Shown here: one piece after another, positions 11,905 to 22,873 of the stretch
Layout of the letters: each line of letters begins with the position of its first letter
How positions within the stretch are numbered: position 1 is the first letter of the stretch
From: Rhizophagus irregularis
Taxonomy: Eukaryota
Length of the DNA: 24,094 nucleotides
NCBI RefSeq assembly: GCF_026210795.1
Contig: NC_089434.1
Span: 5,704,001-5,728,094 of the forward strand
Direction: 5' to 3'
Translations under genes and position numbers: made by a program
The notes under the pieces: generated by a model
Seen by the model: the letters and a program-made list of their open reading frames with translations, nothing else
What the model was told of the DNA's origin: nothing
Databases searched by the model: none

Positions 11905-12217
11905 TTTTATTAAAATGTATAAAATATATTTTTTATTCTATCACTTTTAATAGTTAGTAATCAAGACGTTCAGAAACGAGCTTTTAATAATTCTTATCAT
12001 ACATAAGAATTGCACAAGAATTTTATGAGCGCGTTACTTTTACCTGGTGAGAATTGCGCAAACGCGTTGCTACCTCTGAGCCCTTGATCTGCATCCTGAA
12101 ATCTCTGAAATCATTATAAATTTGCACACAAACAACTTTTCTCGCGTTCTGAAATCTCTACTTTATACGGGATTTTTTATTTTACAAAATAACAAAAAGA
12201 TTTTATACTTCGTAACA
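11905..12217. promoter_or_regulatory. Probable bidirectional promoter
   Basis: 313 bp between divergent ATGs (11904 minus, 12218 plus), with several CGCG/GCGC motifs in an AT-rich background. Confidence 0.45.
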
Positions 12218-13267
12218 ATGAATAGTGATAATGTATCATCTAGTGATGAATCATCCTCCTCCTCCTCCTCCTCCTCTTCTTCTTCTTCTTCCTTTTCTAA
12301 AAGTTCTTATAACACGATAAAAGCAAGTATTTGATTATTTTATATATTATTTCTGCTTTTATCCTATTTACATTTATCTATTATTTTACAGAAAGAAGTG
12401 TTTATTTGGAGCGACTCCGAGCTAAAAGACGTATACAGTATTAACTATGAGCTCACATGGGCTGAGCAAAAAGATAACATAGTCACCAAGTTGCTTCCAC
12501 CACTTTACAAACTCGTAAATAAAAAATATAAAGTCTCAAATAGTGATTTATTAAAGATGTTATATGGACGTTGGCGATCTCGCCATCGCGTTAGTAATAT
12601 TAGAAAGCAAGGGAAGCCCAAATAAAACGTAACAAAAGAAGAGCAATGAAGAATTCAAGGATGCAGGATGTAAATTATTTAATTAACAGAAGCTATTAAA
12701 TTTAGTTTTTTTTTTAAATTAATTATATTGTGCTTTATAATTAACATTGTTAGAAAAAAAAAGAAGAACAAACGCGGCCAATTACCTAATACAAAACAAA
12801 GATAAGTACATTTGCCGATATCCTGAAAAGGATCTAGTTCAAATTTTAAAAGATTCAGGCTACCATTCCGAAGAATGGGAGGAAACCGACGAAGATGATG
12901 AAGATGATGAAAATGATGAAGAAGAAGTAGTCACAAAAAAAAATTCGATATATATTTATGAAAGATGGTGGAGATCTCCTGCTGTATGTATATTTTATTA
13001 TTTTTTATCAAAGTATAAACACTAATTTATAGTTTAATTTCTTTATTTAAGCTTCAACGTTTATTACATAATCGTATTGATCTAACGGTAGAGTTATTAA
13101 GGAAAAAACCACCAAACTTAAAATGTAAAAGAGTTCTAGACAAAACAGAAACAGTTAATGTGCCACCTGCCGGCGCACCAAGCTGGTGTTTGAATAGAGA
13201 AGCACTTGAAAAATTCAACCGTTTAACCAATAAATCTAAATCAAAAAATAAAAAATCAAAAAAATAA
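12218..13267 (+). pseudogene. CACTA accessory ORF (ORF2), 4 exons, frameshifted
   Basis: Exons 12218-12322, 12392-12669, 12754-12983 and 13052-13267. It has a Ser-rich N-terminus, a basic region, YHSEE plus an acidic tract, WWRS and PPAGAPSW, a layout recalled from second ORFs of fungal EnSpm-like elements. 1-nt frameshifts occur near 12612 and in the A-run at 12754. Confidence 0.72.
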
Positions 13268-13851
13268 ATTTTACAATTATTACACTTTTGCCTAAATAGG
13301 TTTATCGTCAAAAATACTAATCAGACTTTAATAAAAATCAGAATTCAAACATTTTCATTTAATTTTTTTAAAAATTGATTGATTAAATTAAAAATATCAT
13401 GGTTTGATAAAGCTATAGATTACAGTTTATTTTTATTAATAAACAAGTTACGGTATTGATTACTTTATTACAGTAACAATTTAATTACGGATAAGGTATT
13501 TAATAAGATATCAAAAACTGATTAATAAAATTTTCTATATTAACATACGATAAATTAGATTAATAAGCTAAATACGATAATATTATTTTTTCAAAAAAAT
13601 TAAAATGAAAATATACACAAATTTTTGTTTTTGGTATGTAAGTCAAATTAAATTACTATATGCTTAAATCATAACTCATAACCCAAAGTTGAGGATTAAC
13701 CGGGTACCTTGCTTTAGATTCAGCGACACTTCCCAAGTCAGATGAGGTGCCACAGGTACGCTTTAAGAAAACTCGCTATGATAATAAGGATAAGTATATT
13801 CGAAAATACCAGATATGAATAAACATAGGATACGATGAATAATCTCAAATA

Positions 13852-13921
13852 GAAAAATAAAAAATAAAAAAATAAAATAAAATAAAATAAAAATATAAAA
13901 AATAAAATAAAATAAAAAAAA
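13852..13921. repeat. (AAAAT)n simple repeat
   Basis: Visible A-rich pentamer/heptamer array. Confidence 0.9.
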
Positions 13922-15289
13922 TATTTTCAATTAGACAAAGCATCCTCGTTCCTTCCTGGAATTCTCATTTGACTAAATTATTATTGTTTGTAATTTGATC
14001 CATTTGAATCCACCATAAATTGCCAGACAGGGCGAACCCTTATTAGACAATTATAGCTTCATCACCAAATGGCTGCGATGTGTTTAATGATATGGCAACC
14101 TGTTTAATTCATTTTTAAATGAGCAAACGTGGCCATAAAACTCATTAAAAAGGTAGGCTACAGAGTGCAATGCAACCTACCTAACCTAACAAGTAGGTCT
14201 AAGGGTTAGGGAATAAAATACACCCTAAACCCATGCAGTTGGTATGGAAATAAAAGTTTACAAACGGAAGTTTCAGACTGTGCCTGACGACAAAATGGGT
14301 GAGGTGCAATCAGGACTTTTTCCTCTAATCCAGCCCGGAATTATAGAGGCAACATTGTTATCGTACAAAGCACATCGACGAAAACGTCTCTCAAAGAAAT
14401 TAATTAATAAAGAGTATACTTGGGCAATAGCCGATCTTCATCGTCACCCTATAAACTCCAAAAGGACAGGGATCAGCGCAGGCATTTTGGCTTACGTATC
14501 TCTTTAAAGATTAATTAAATTGAAAGATAGGATCCAAATTCAATATGACTGAATCGATCGCCTCCGGTTATCAAACTTCCATCAGAAGTGATCGCTAGAA
14601 TCAAAGATACCAATAATCACCCTTATCAGTAACGATCGAACTAAAGATGTTAGAGAAATAAAATCCGTCATTTATATGGAATTAGTTTGTATTACAATTT
14701 TATTACGATTTGGGTAAAAAAAATATCTCCTTAAAATTTATTTTTTTTCAGGTATCCTGGCTATATGGAAAGATTCCTAATATGGTAATAGTACAATACA
14801 CCTTATACGCCATTTTGCAAATTCAGTGTAATAGTTTACAAAGAAAAAAAGGGGAACGTATTTATTTTTTTGCCATGAGAAATTTAATTACAATAAGTGG
14901 ATTTCAGAAAATCGCGGTAATTTGAATAATTTGTATATGCTTTTGATAACGGGTTTGAAGTTTAGGTATTCTCTGGCCGCACTCTTGTATTACTATGATC
15001 ACTGAGAGTTGGCTTATATAATAATCTTATCATTCAATATTTCCTAAAAAAGTAAATAAACATCATCTATTTATAAGTATTCATGATTTGGAAAAACTCC
15101 GTATGAAGTTGTGAAGATAAATGATACTTGGATCAAGCACTCCATAGCAATTATCTTTTTTCGTACACTGTATTACATTTTTACAAAGTACAAAGCATAC
15201 AAAGCCAATACCAAATAGACAGAAATCAGTAGCTGTTTTCTATACTACGATAATATTAAATAAACACACAAATTTTTTTAAAGATCGTA

Positions 15290-15517
15290 CAAATATCGGT
15301 GACCGATATATATTAGATAACGGATCGGTGACTAATAGTTTGGATATCGGACACTTGGTAATTTACATTTTTTTAACCATATTTGAAATTTGCGCATTAT
15401 GTGACAAATTGGGTACCCGATATGTTGTTAATATGTAAAAATGCCCGATATGTACCTAATTAGTCACCGATATATAGGTACCCGATATGTGTGAGATAGA
15501 TCGTTTTTTGACCTGTG
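15290..15517. repeat. Right subterminal repeats and TIR of the CACTA element
   Basis: ATATCGG and (A)CCCGATAT copies ending in TTTTGACCTGTG. Confidence 0.85.
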
Positions 15518-18036
15518 GTTGGCCAGGATTCATAAAGAATTGCCTCAGTATTTTACACGACAAATGCAAAAGAATGTATTAAATAAGGTAATAATAATTC
15601 AATCAATATTTAAATAAAAGTATTAAGCATTAATTACTATAATTTGCTGTATTGCAAATACTTCATTTTGATCTTACTGGAAATGCTGCTGTAACATCAG
15701 ATGTTATTAGTCGTGATATAGAAGAAAGATTACAATTAATATTGACTTTAGCAGATCCAAATATTATATTTGATTTGCAGACAAATAATGGATTCAAAGG
15801 GATGAAGTTTAATGAATTCTGGAATGAAACAGATACTTATTTCAATGAGCAGGTAAATATTTTACGTTAAAAAAATATGTTTCAAACACATGAATGGCGA
15901 AATTGTGTAATGTATCAGGTATTACCAAATATACTGACACAAACACAAAAAAAAATCTATTTTGACCATTATTTATTTCATTTAACAATAGAATTTACTT
16001 GCAGTAGATGAACGACGGCATGGGACAATTTTATATATGCCATTGGCTTTATCTGTCCATGACCTTCGTGAAATTGTAACAGAAAGGCTGAAAATTATTT
16101 ACAGTGATCCACTTCCTTTTACTATTCATATTCCATCAGATGAGTGGATCTGACTTCAATTTTGTCCTACAAATACTACAACAACAAGATCAATGCATCA
16201 TACTGGCCAATTTAATATTAAATTTAAGGTATAAGGCCGGTTACTTCGAAAGAGTAGTGATGATGCACATTATTGTGCAGCATTTTTTCGATACCTTAGA
16301 GAATTTTGCATCCATTATAAACAATGGACTTGCTTAATTTCTGCTAATGACAAACATAAAGTTCCTATTGTTGCTGTTTCTACAGGCGTACGAAATAGAT
16401 GTTCTATGGTTGCTCAAAATAGCACTTTGGCTGCTGCTGATCATGATTTTACTAAACTTTCTATAACACCTTCAGTTACATTTTTTATATCAATTCCTAA
16501 TGAAATTTCAGGATCATTTTATGATGGCCAAGTATTTGTATCTTACAAAGATGCAACTTTTGAACCAAGTAATGCGATCAGACACTCAACTGAATTTTTA
16601 AATGCACTCAATATTCAATATGCACACCAAATGACGCCTCCAATATTATGTCTTTATACTGATGGAGGGCCAGATCACCGATGTAATTATGGATCAGTAC
16701 AGATTTCATTAATCTGTCATTTACTTATTGCAGTTCGTACAGCTCCTAATCATAGTTGGACGAACCCAGCAAAACGGATTATGAGCATTTTGAATTTAGG
16801 TCTTCAAGGTGTTGCACTTAAGCGTGATCAAATGAGTCCTGAATCTGAAGTTCTATTTGATACAGCAAATACTTTAGATGATATACGAACTAAAGCTCAA
16901 GAATCTAATAAATTAGAATCTGAGTTAAAAGAAAGTATTGCAAGTGTTCAGAATATATTAAATAATCGAACAGAATGACTCTCATTAAAGGAAAAGAAAT
17001 TTAAATGCAATTATTCAGCAAATGTGAAAGCTATTACTGAATTATTTGAGGTAAAAATTTATCATTTATTTATTTTTTATATTTTTTTATTAATTTAATA
17101 TCCATACAATTTCTTATTTTTCAAACAGTCTATTCATACTTTAGATCTAACTTTAACAGTTGACGAAACTACACAAGTACAAATACGTCATCACACTGCT
17201 TTAATTGAATTTAAAGATACTCACTGCTGTATTCATGCATATAGCTTTCAGGTAATATTATGGCATTTATACTATAATAAATAATTGATTTTTAATGTTT
17301 TTTTTTTAAAGGTAAAAAAATGCAACAATATTACCTATTCATATTGTAAACCAATTTGCCTTTCACCACACGAATTTAATAATTTGAACTTTCTTTCAGA
17401 TCCTATTCCTTCACGAGGTAAATTATCTTTTTTGTATTTTTTTTCAATATTTTAAATTAACTAAACTTTATTAATTTTTAACCAGACAATACAAATCACT
17501 ACATGCCTTTTAAATGTGTTTATGGAACTGAAACTACTGAAGAGTATAGACCAACATATATGCAAACACAAGCGAATGCAGAACCCATTTCAAAGTCTAT
17601 CCTAATTGGAGGTAAAATTCGTGATTACATTAATTGTGAGGATTGTAGAAAACGCCGTTATGTTTATAGTGATAAATCCTTGAATAATGAGGAACAAGAA
17701 GATTATCAACAAGCACTAGAGTTATATTCATACTCTTGTGGTGCACCAATTTTTCCTGATGATCATTATTAAAGTGAAGTGGTATTTGTACGTACACGAA
17801 TCAGTTGTGACTTACCAATTGAAATACTGTATTATTCAAGTCGAAAATCAGGAAACTATCCAATTTGTTATTATTGTGAGGAAAGTGAGAGCTTAATAGC
17901 TCCTTCTCAATCTTTAAAAGAACGTTTTAAACAAATTTATCCATTGTATGAAGGATGTCAAGGAAATGAGAAGGAATTTTATACTAAGGGAGAGATTAAA
18001 ACTAATGGTTGTGCTTCAAAATATCGTAAAACATAG
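15518..18036 (+). pseudogene. Zator-like DDE transposase, multi-exon, disrupted
   Basis: Motifs (N)DKHKVP, DHDFTKLSITPSV, TDGGPDHR and TAPNHSWTNPA(K)RIMS parallel Zator DHD..PSV, DGGPD and AP..S..N..ER.M. The C-terminus is Cys-rich. There are multiple GT-AG introns, stops and frameshifts. Confidence 0.75.
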
Positions 18037-18268
18037 TTTCATTAGTTTTTTATTTGTAATACAAAGCTCGTATGCTGCATTTTAATGTAATAAAAAAATA
18101 AATGATGTCATCATATCAGACATAGTGTCTTAATTTGTGTAGGCCGAATTACTATAATTCTGGCCGAAATTATGATCACGTGCTTTTTGTTTAAATTATT
18201 TTTAGCCCTCCCCCCTCTTATTGATTTAATTTATGTTATGATAAACAGATAATTAACTTGGTCTGGCC
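15518..18268 (+). mobile_element. 3' part of a Zator-like element
   Basis: The transposase is followed by the putative terminus AATTAACTTGGTCTGGCC|TAA. A GG end with a TWA flank fits Zator. The left TIR is not in the window. Confidence 0.55.
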
Positions 18269-18340
18269 TAATTAATAAAAAATCTAATAATTATAGTGAA
18301 TCTAATGATGATATACAATTTGGTGTAATAATGATATTAT

Positions 18341-18881
18341 TCCTTAAACTGTAAGGGTTAAAATTAATTTTAAAAATTTTTGAATTTTTAAAATATCTTA
18401 AGATCTAGTGATCATAGAAAGATGAAATTATATTTGTTAGATTCCTCTTATTAAGGCGCATTTAATGGTAATAAAATCATAACTCTAAAATTAATAGATA
18501 AAAAGTTATATTAATTTATAAATTTTTAGATTTTATAAGTTATCCTATCACATAATATTTGTAGAAGGACAATTTTTATTTCTATCAGATTCTTCTTATT
18601 GAGACACATCAAATGGTGGTAATTTTATATTTCTAGGGTTAATAGATAAAAAGATATTTCAATTTAAAAAATTTAGCTACTATTTGTTATAATTTGTCGA
18701 TCATTTACTTTTGAAAAATCATTAATCAAATTGAACTTTTTTTCGATTTTTACTTAGAAAATACTATAGAATTTATTACAAAAATATTGGTTTATATAAT
18801 AAAATATTTTAAGGTATTTAAAAGTATTTTTAATTAAAAAACAAAATTGCAGGCAAATTTGGCTGCAAAATAGTTTAAGGG
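18341..18881. mobile_element. Non-autonomous TIR element, ~540 bp
   Basis: Inverted ends TCCTTAAACT (18341) and AGTTTAAGGG (18881). Two diverged internal direct repeats share AGATTCYTCTTATT..AATGGT..TTAATAGATAAAAAG. The TSD is unclear. Confidence 0.55.
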
Positions 18882-19286
18882 ATATAATATTTCCAAATAT
18901 ATATTAATAAGATTTATATAAAAAAAAAATGAAATTTAATTTATTAAAAATTTTTTATTGACATTATTTTTGATATACAAATTTTTTTGCACTGGACCAT
19001 ATTTTATATTTTTTATTTTTCTATTTATCAGTAGTGAAAATATCATAAAATTAGTAAGGAATTTTTTGTACTATAATATTACAATATAAATTATTGGTAT
19101 AATATAATCTTGAAATTTATAGTATATATGTAAAATCCAAAGTTGATTAAAATTAGTACAAATGGTAGAGCAGTGTTGGGAATTGTACTAGTACTGTACT
19201 AGTACTGTACTAGTACAATACTAATACTGCACTGTACTTTTAAAAATTCGGACATTAGTACATAGTAAATATGACATCATATTATT

Positions 19287-19580
19287 AGGACCCCGGATAT
19301 CTCCAAAACAGGTCATAAGTCACACTTTCGGCAGATTGGCCCATTTTTTCGGGGTCAAAAATCGTTTTTGTAAATATCTCGGCATCCAGTGGTCCAATTT
19401 TGATGAACTTTTTTTTAAATTGTAGAGCTAAATGAGGGCTACAAAATAAAAAAATGTTCATTAAAATTGAATTACTGGATGCTGAGATATTTACAAAAAA
19501 CGATTTTTTGAGTTTCAGCAAAAAGGGGTGTTTTTGGCCAAAAGTCCATTATGACCTTTATATTAGATATCCGGGGTCCT
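19287..19580. mobile_element. Fold-back MITE nested in the hAT element
   Basis: Perfect TIR AGGACCCCGGATATCT, 8-bp flanking duplication ATATTATT (19279-19286 and 19581-19588), and an internal ~50-bp inverted repeat. Confidence 0.9.
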
Positions 19581-19726
19581 ATATTATTTTTATTGATTTT
19601 TATTGGCTGTACTAAGTACTAGTACTTGTACTAAAATTTATTTCGTACAAACTATATAGTATATACAGATTATGTAAATTTAACAATTGAATATATTATA
19701 TTATTTATATACACCTCTACTAATCT

Positions 19727-22443
19727 TTAAAATGGACAATGCAAATTATCTTTAAACATTGTATCTAGTCTCCATTTTGCATCTTTATTTTGTGCTGGAT
19801 GTTCAATAATTTCGACATTTATATCATCTATATCAAGTTCGTCATCATCATCACCACCTATTTGGTTTATTTGATTTTGAAATTGTTCTTCTATATTAGT
19901 ATCATCATTATCATCATCATCACTTTCTTCACTTTCTGTATGATTTAATTCATCTCTATTATTAATATTAGAATCATTTTCCTTATTTTGTTCGTCCAAA
20001 TTATCTAAATTTATATGTTGTTCTAAATTAATATTAGCTGTAGTTGATTTTAATAATATCGATTCTTGTTTGCGCCTTTTGTAAGTAATATCAGCCTACA
20101 ATTTTGCCATATTTAATACCCAAGAAAACTATAAATAATAAATTATGATTTAATAATATAAAAAAATATAGCATATCAGCAAGGTATTATCAAGTAGATC
20201 AGGTGTAACACTATCACATGTTAATATTATGAAAATCTAAGCCACTCTAATAAAATATAAAATCTTGTATTTGCGTATTAATATTGAACTAAAAATCAAT
20301 TACAACACGTATTTAGAATAAACTAAACCTGTCATATGGAATTATTTAATTACCTTCAATCGATTTCTAGCTTTTGTATGGAGGAAACCTATACTACTCC
20401 ATAATCGTTCAACTGATGCGGCATTGACACAAATTCCAAAAATACGTGCCACAACAGTTCCAATTTCTGGATAAGCACTTCGAACCCAACACCAATATCT
20501 ATGAATATCATTTTTAAATTGGCTAATAGATGCATCATCAAAAGGATATTTAGTTCCTTGCGAAAAGTCATCAAATTCTTTAAGGATAGATATAGGATCT
20601 TTTCCAGTCCAAGCTTTATAATAATAAACTAGCCATTTGCCGATATGTAAATAGCTGATTTGTAATCTTGATGGTAATGTAAAATAATTTGATCTATAAG
20701 CCGGATGGAGAAGTCAAGAGAGAATGAGAAGGGGCTGTTCCCATAACTTCCATCTTTTTTGTAGTCGGATTAGAATTCTGTTTGCCATATTATTATCTGG
20801 ATATTTTTGCCAAAACTAATAAATATAGGCAAATCCATGCAAAACTTCAAACAATCGTGCCTTATCAGTTTGTAGAATATTAAGAATGGCGCAATAAGGA
20901 AGTAGAAGTTGTTCTAATTTTATTAGTGACTCCCAAAAATGTCCATTCATAATTATATTATAAATTTCACATGGAATTGTTAATGGATCTGTTGGTCGTC
21001 TTTTATTTGTAGAAGTTGAAGGTTCAAATTTCGTAGCTAAAGACTAATAATATAAAAGTAAATTAAATCAATTATAGTAGTGTAATTACAAAATTAAATA
21101 AGAAAATAATTTTACCCGTAAAGCATTTTTGGTAGCAATTATATTTTTACAGCAATTAAAGTAACTATTCCATCTTGTATCACTGGGAACTACAGGTTGG
21201 ATACATTTTCCATATATTTCTGTTTGAATATCTCGGAGTTTTCCAATAAAATATTTATTATTTGCATTTTTAAAATAAACTGCAAGTTTTAAAGCCTGTT
21301 GTGATGTAGTTTTAAGTTCAGACGAAACTTTAAAAACTTCATCAACGCACAAATTAATTTGGTGTGCATAGCAAAGTAAAAAAACTGTATTTCGATATTG
21401 AACTTGAAGTCTTTTTCTATTAATAAAATATATGAATAACATGATTAATTAAATTATTAAAACAATAATTATTAAAATAAATAGTAATTTATCAATTTAT
21501 TTACCTTGCTGCATTATAAGCAGGTGCACTATCTGTTACAACAGCTAAAAGAGGTATTTTGAGTTCATCTAATTGTGATGTCATTTCCTCTACTTTTAAT
21601 CTAACTTCAATATTTGTTACTCTCGCTACTTATGTCAGAAGCTTTCCATACATATGGTTGTCCATCAGATGATGTGAGTACCGTCCCCATTAATTCTTGT
21701 TCACAAACATTTGTCCAACCATCAAAAGAAAGGGTAATTCCTACTCTATCTAATACTAATTTTTCTAACATCTTAATATCAAATTCTTTAACAGCCTCAT
21801 CTAAAATTTCATTTGATAGGGTTTTTCGATCTGGCAATTTAATTTGTGGATTAAGAAATTTAAATAATTCAATTACCTCTAGATTATTTATCCAAGACAG
21901 TGAAAATCCACAAGAAATAGTAACTTGTAATAGATGCATATGAAATTTTATTTTATCTGCACTTGAAAGAGAATCGTGTAATAAATGACTCCGTGGGTCC
22001 ATAATTTGACCATTGAGAAGGTAAAGATGTCAATGAAGAGTGTGAAGAAAATGATTCTCTTCGTTCAACTATTGAATCTAAAGTTGGATCAAAATCATCT
22101 ACTATTGAAAAAGATGTGTTAAATGTTAATTTTATAGTAATAATGAAACATATCTTATATCTATTTATATAAGAAACTACTTACATATTCTTTTACCCAA
22201 AACTGTACTTTTTTGTTTATTAACTGAAAATACTTCATCTTTTTCCTGTTGATTATATAAAGACTGAAAGTTTTGACAGTTTTTGAAATGGTTTAAAATT
22301 CTGTCAGTTTTGTCTACTATTTTTTTTAATTCGGGATGATTTTCACTAAGCTTACTAAAACACGCTCTACAATAGCATATTTTATTAGTAGCACCACTTT
22401 TTAAGTTTGTTGAAATGATATATTTCTTTAAGCTTTGTACTAT
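19727..22443 (-). pseudogene. hAT transposase (BED finger, DDE core, hATC dimerisation domain), disrupted
   Basis: CYCRAC..HFKNC BED finger, SFDGWTNV, AVVTDSAPAY, CYAHQINL, DTRWNS, LLHPAY and VNAASVERLWS, followed by an acidic tail. It contains introns, in-frame stops and frameshifts. The probable start codon reads ATA at 22443. Confidence 0.93.
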
Positions 22444-22716
22444 TGTAAAGAGATTGTAAAAAAAACTTTATGTTAAAAAGCTTTATTTTGTAGAAATTAT
22501 AGCGGAGACTAAATAAAATTTTTTTTTACGTGTTTCGTTATACAAAAAAAAGATTGTACGAAATGTACTAATTTTGTACTAAATTTGATTCGTACAAGTG
22601 TACTACCACTTTGAAATGTACGAACATTATTTGTACTAAGTACAGTAGTACTAGTCCGAGTATTGTACCATGTACTAGAATTTTCTTAGTACATGTGTAC
22701 TACCACAACACTGTGG

Positions 22717-22873
22717 TAGAGTTCTGAACGGTTCTGATTTGAACTGAAACTAACCAAAAATTTGGTTCAATTTTTAGTTCAGTTTTGGAACCAGAACCGT
22801 TTGGTTCAGTTCAGTTTCAGTTTTTACCTAAACTGGAAAAAAACCACACTGAACCAACCTGTTCAGAGTTTTA
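22717..22873. mobile_element. Tiny hAT-like MITE (~157 bp)
   Basis: Ends TAGAGTTCTGAAC and GTTCAGAGTTTTA (degenerate TIR), with GAAC/GTTC internal repeats. The flanks ACAAATGG (19158-19165) and ATAAATGG (22874-22881) form a 7/8 TSD once the large hAT is removed. Confidence 0.75.

Larger units (their letters stand above)
2433..15517 (-). mobile_element. CACTA/EnSpm (CMC)-type DNA transposon, ~13.1 kb
   Basis: The right end TTTTGACCTGTG (15506-15517) matches the intact left terminus CACAGGTCAAAA seen in the inverted copy (1308-1319). At 2433 the left end starts GTCAAAATCG and lacks CACAG. Both ends have arrays of ATATCGG(G)/CCCGATAT subterminal repeats. A Tnp2-type transposase lies inside, and there is a 3-bp TSD, GTT. 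Confidence 0.88.
19171..22713 (-). mobile_element. Full-length hAT transposon
   Basis: Termini CAGTGTTG...CAACACTG, a perfect 8-bp TSD TGGTAGAG (19163-19170 and 22714-22721), GTACT/AGTAC subterminal arrays and an internal hAT transposase. Confidence 0.96.

Noticed and set aside
14202..14232. CCCUAACCCU on the minus strand as a telomerase RNA template
   Set aside because: It pairs with the adjacent GGGUUUAGGG in a hairpin, lies inside a transposon, and no pseudoknot was identified.
14280..14390. CTGACGA ... CGAAA as a hammerhead ribozyme
   Set aside because: I could not build stems I-III around the core.
14244..14507. 87-aa ORF
   Set aside because: No recognisable motif, and it lies in the tract better explained as minus-strand RNA structure.
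18353..18361. AAGGGTTAA as a piggyBac end
   Set aside because: No partner TTAACCCT end was seen. It lies just inside the 18341-18881 element.
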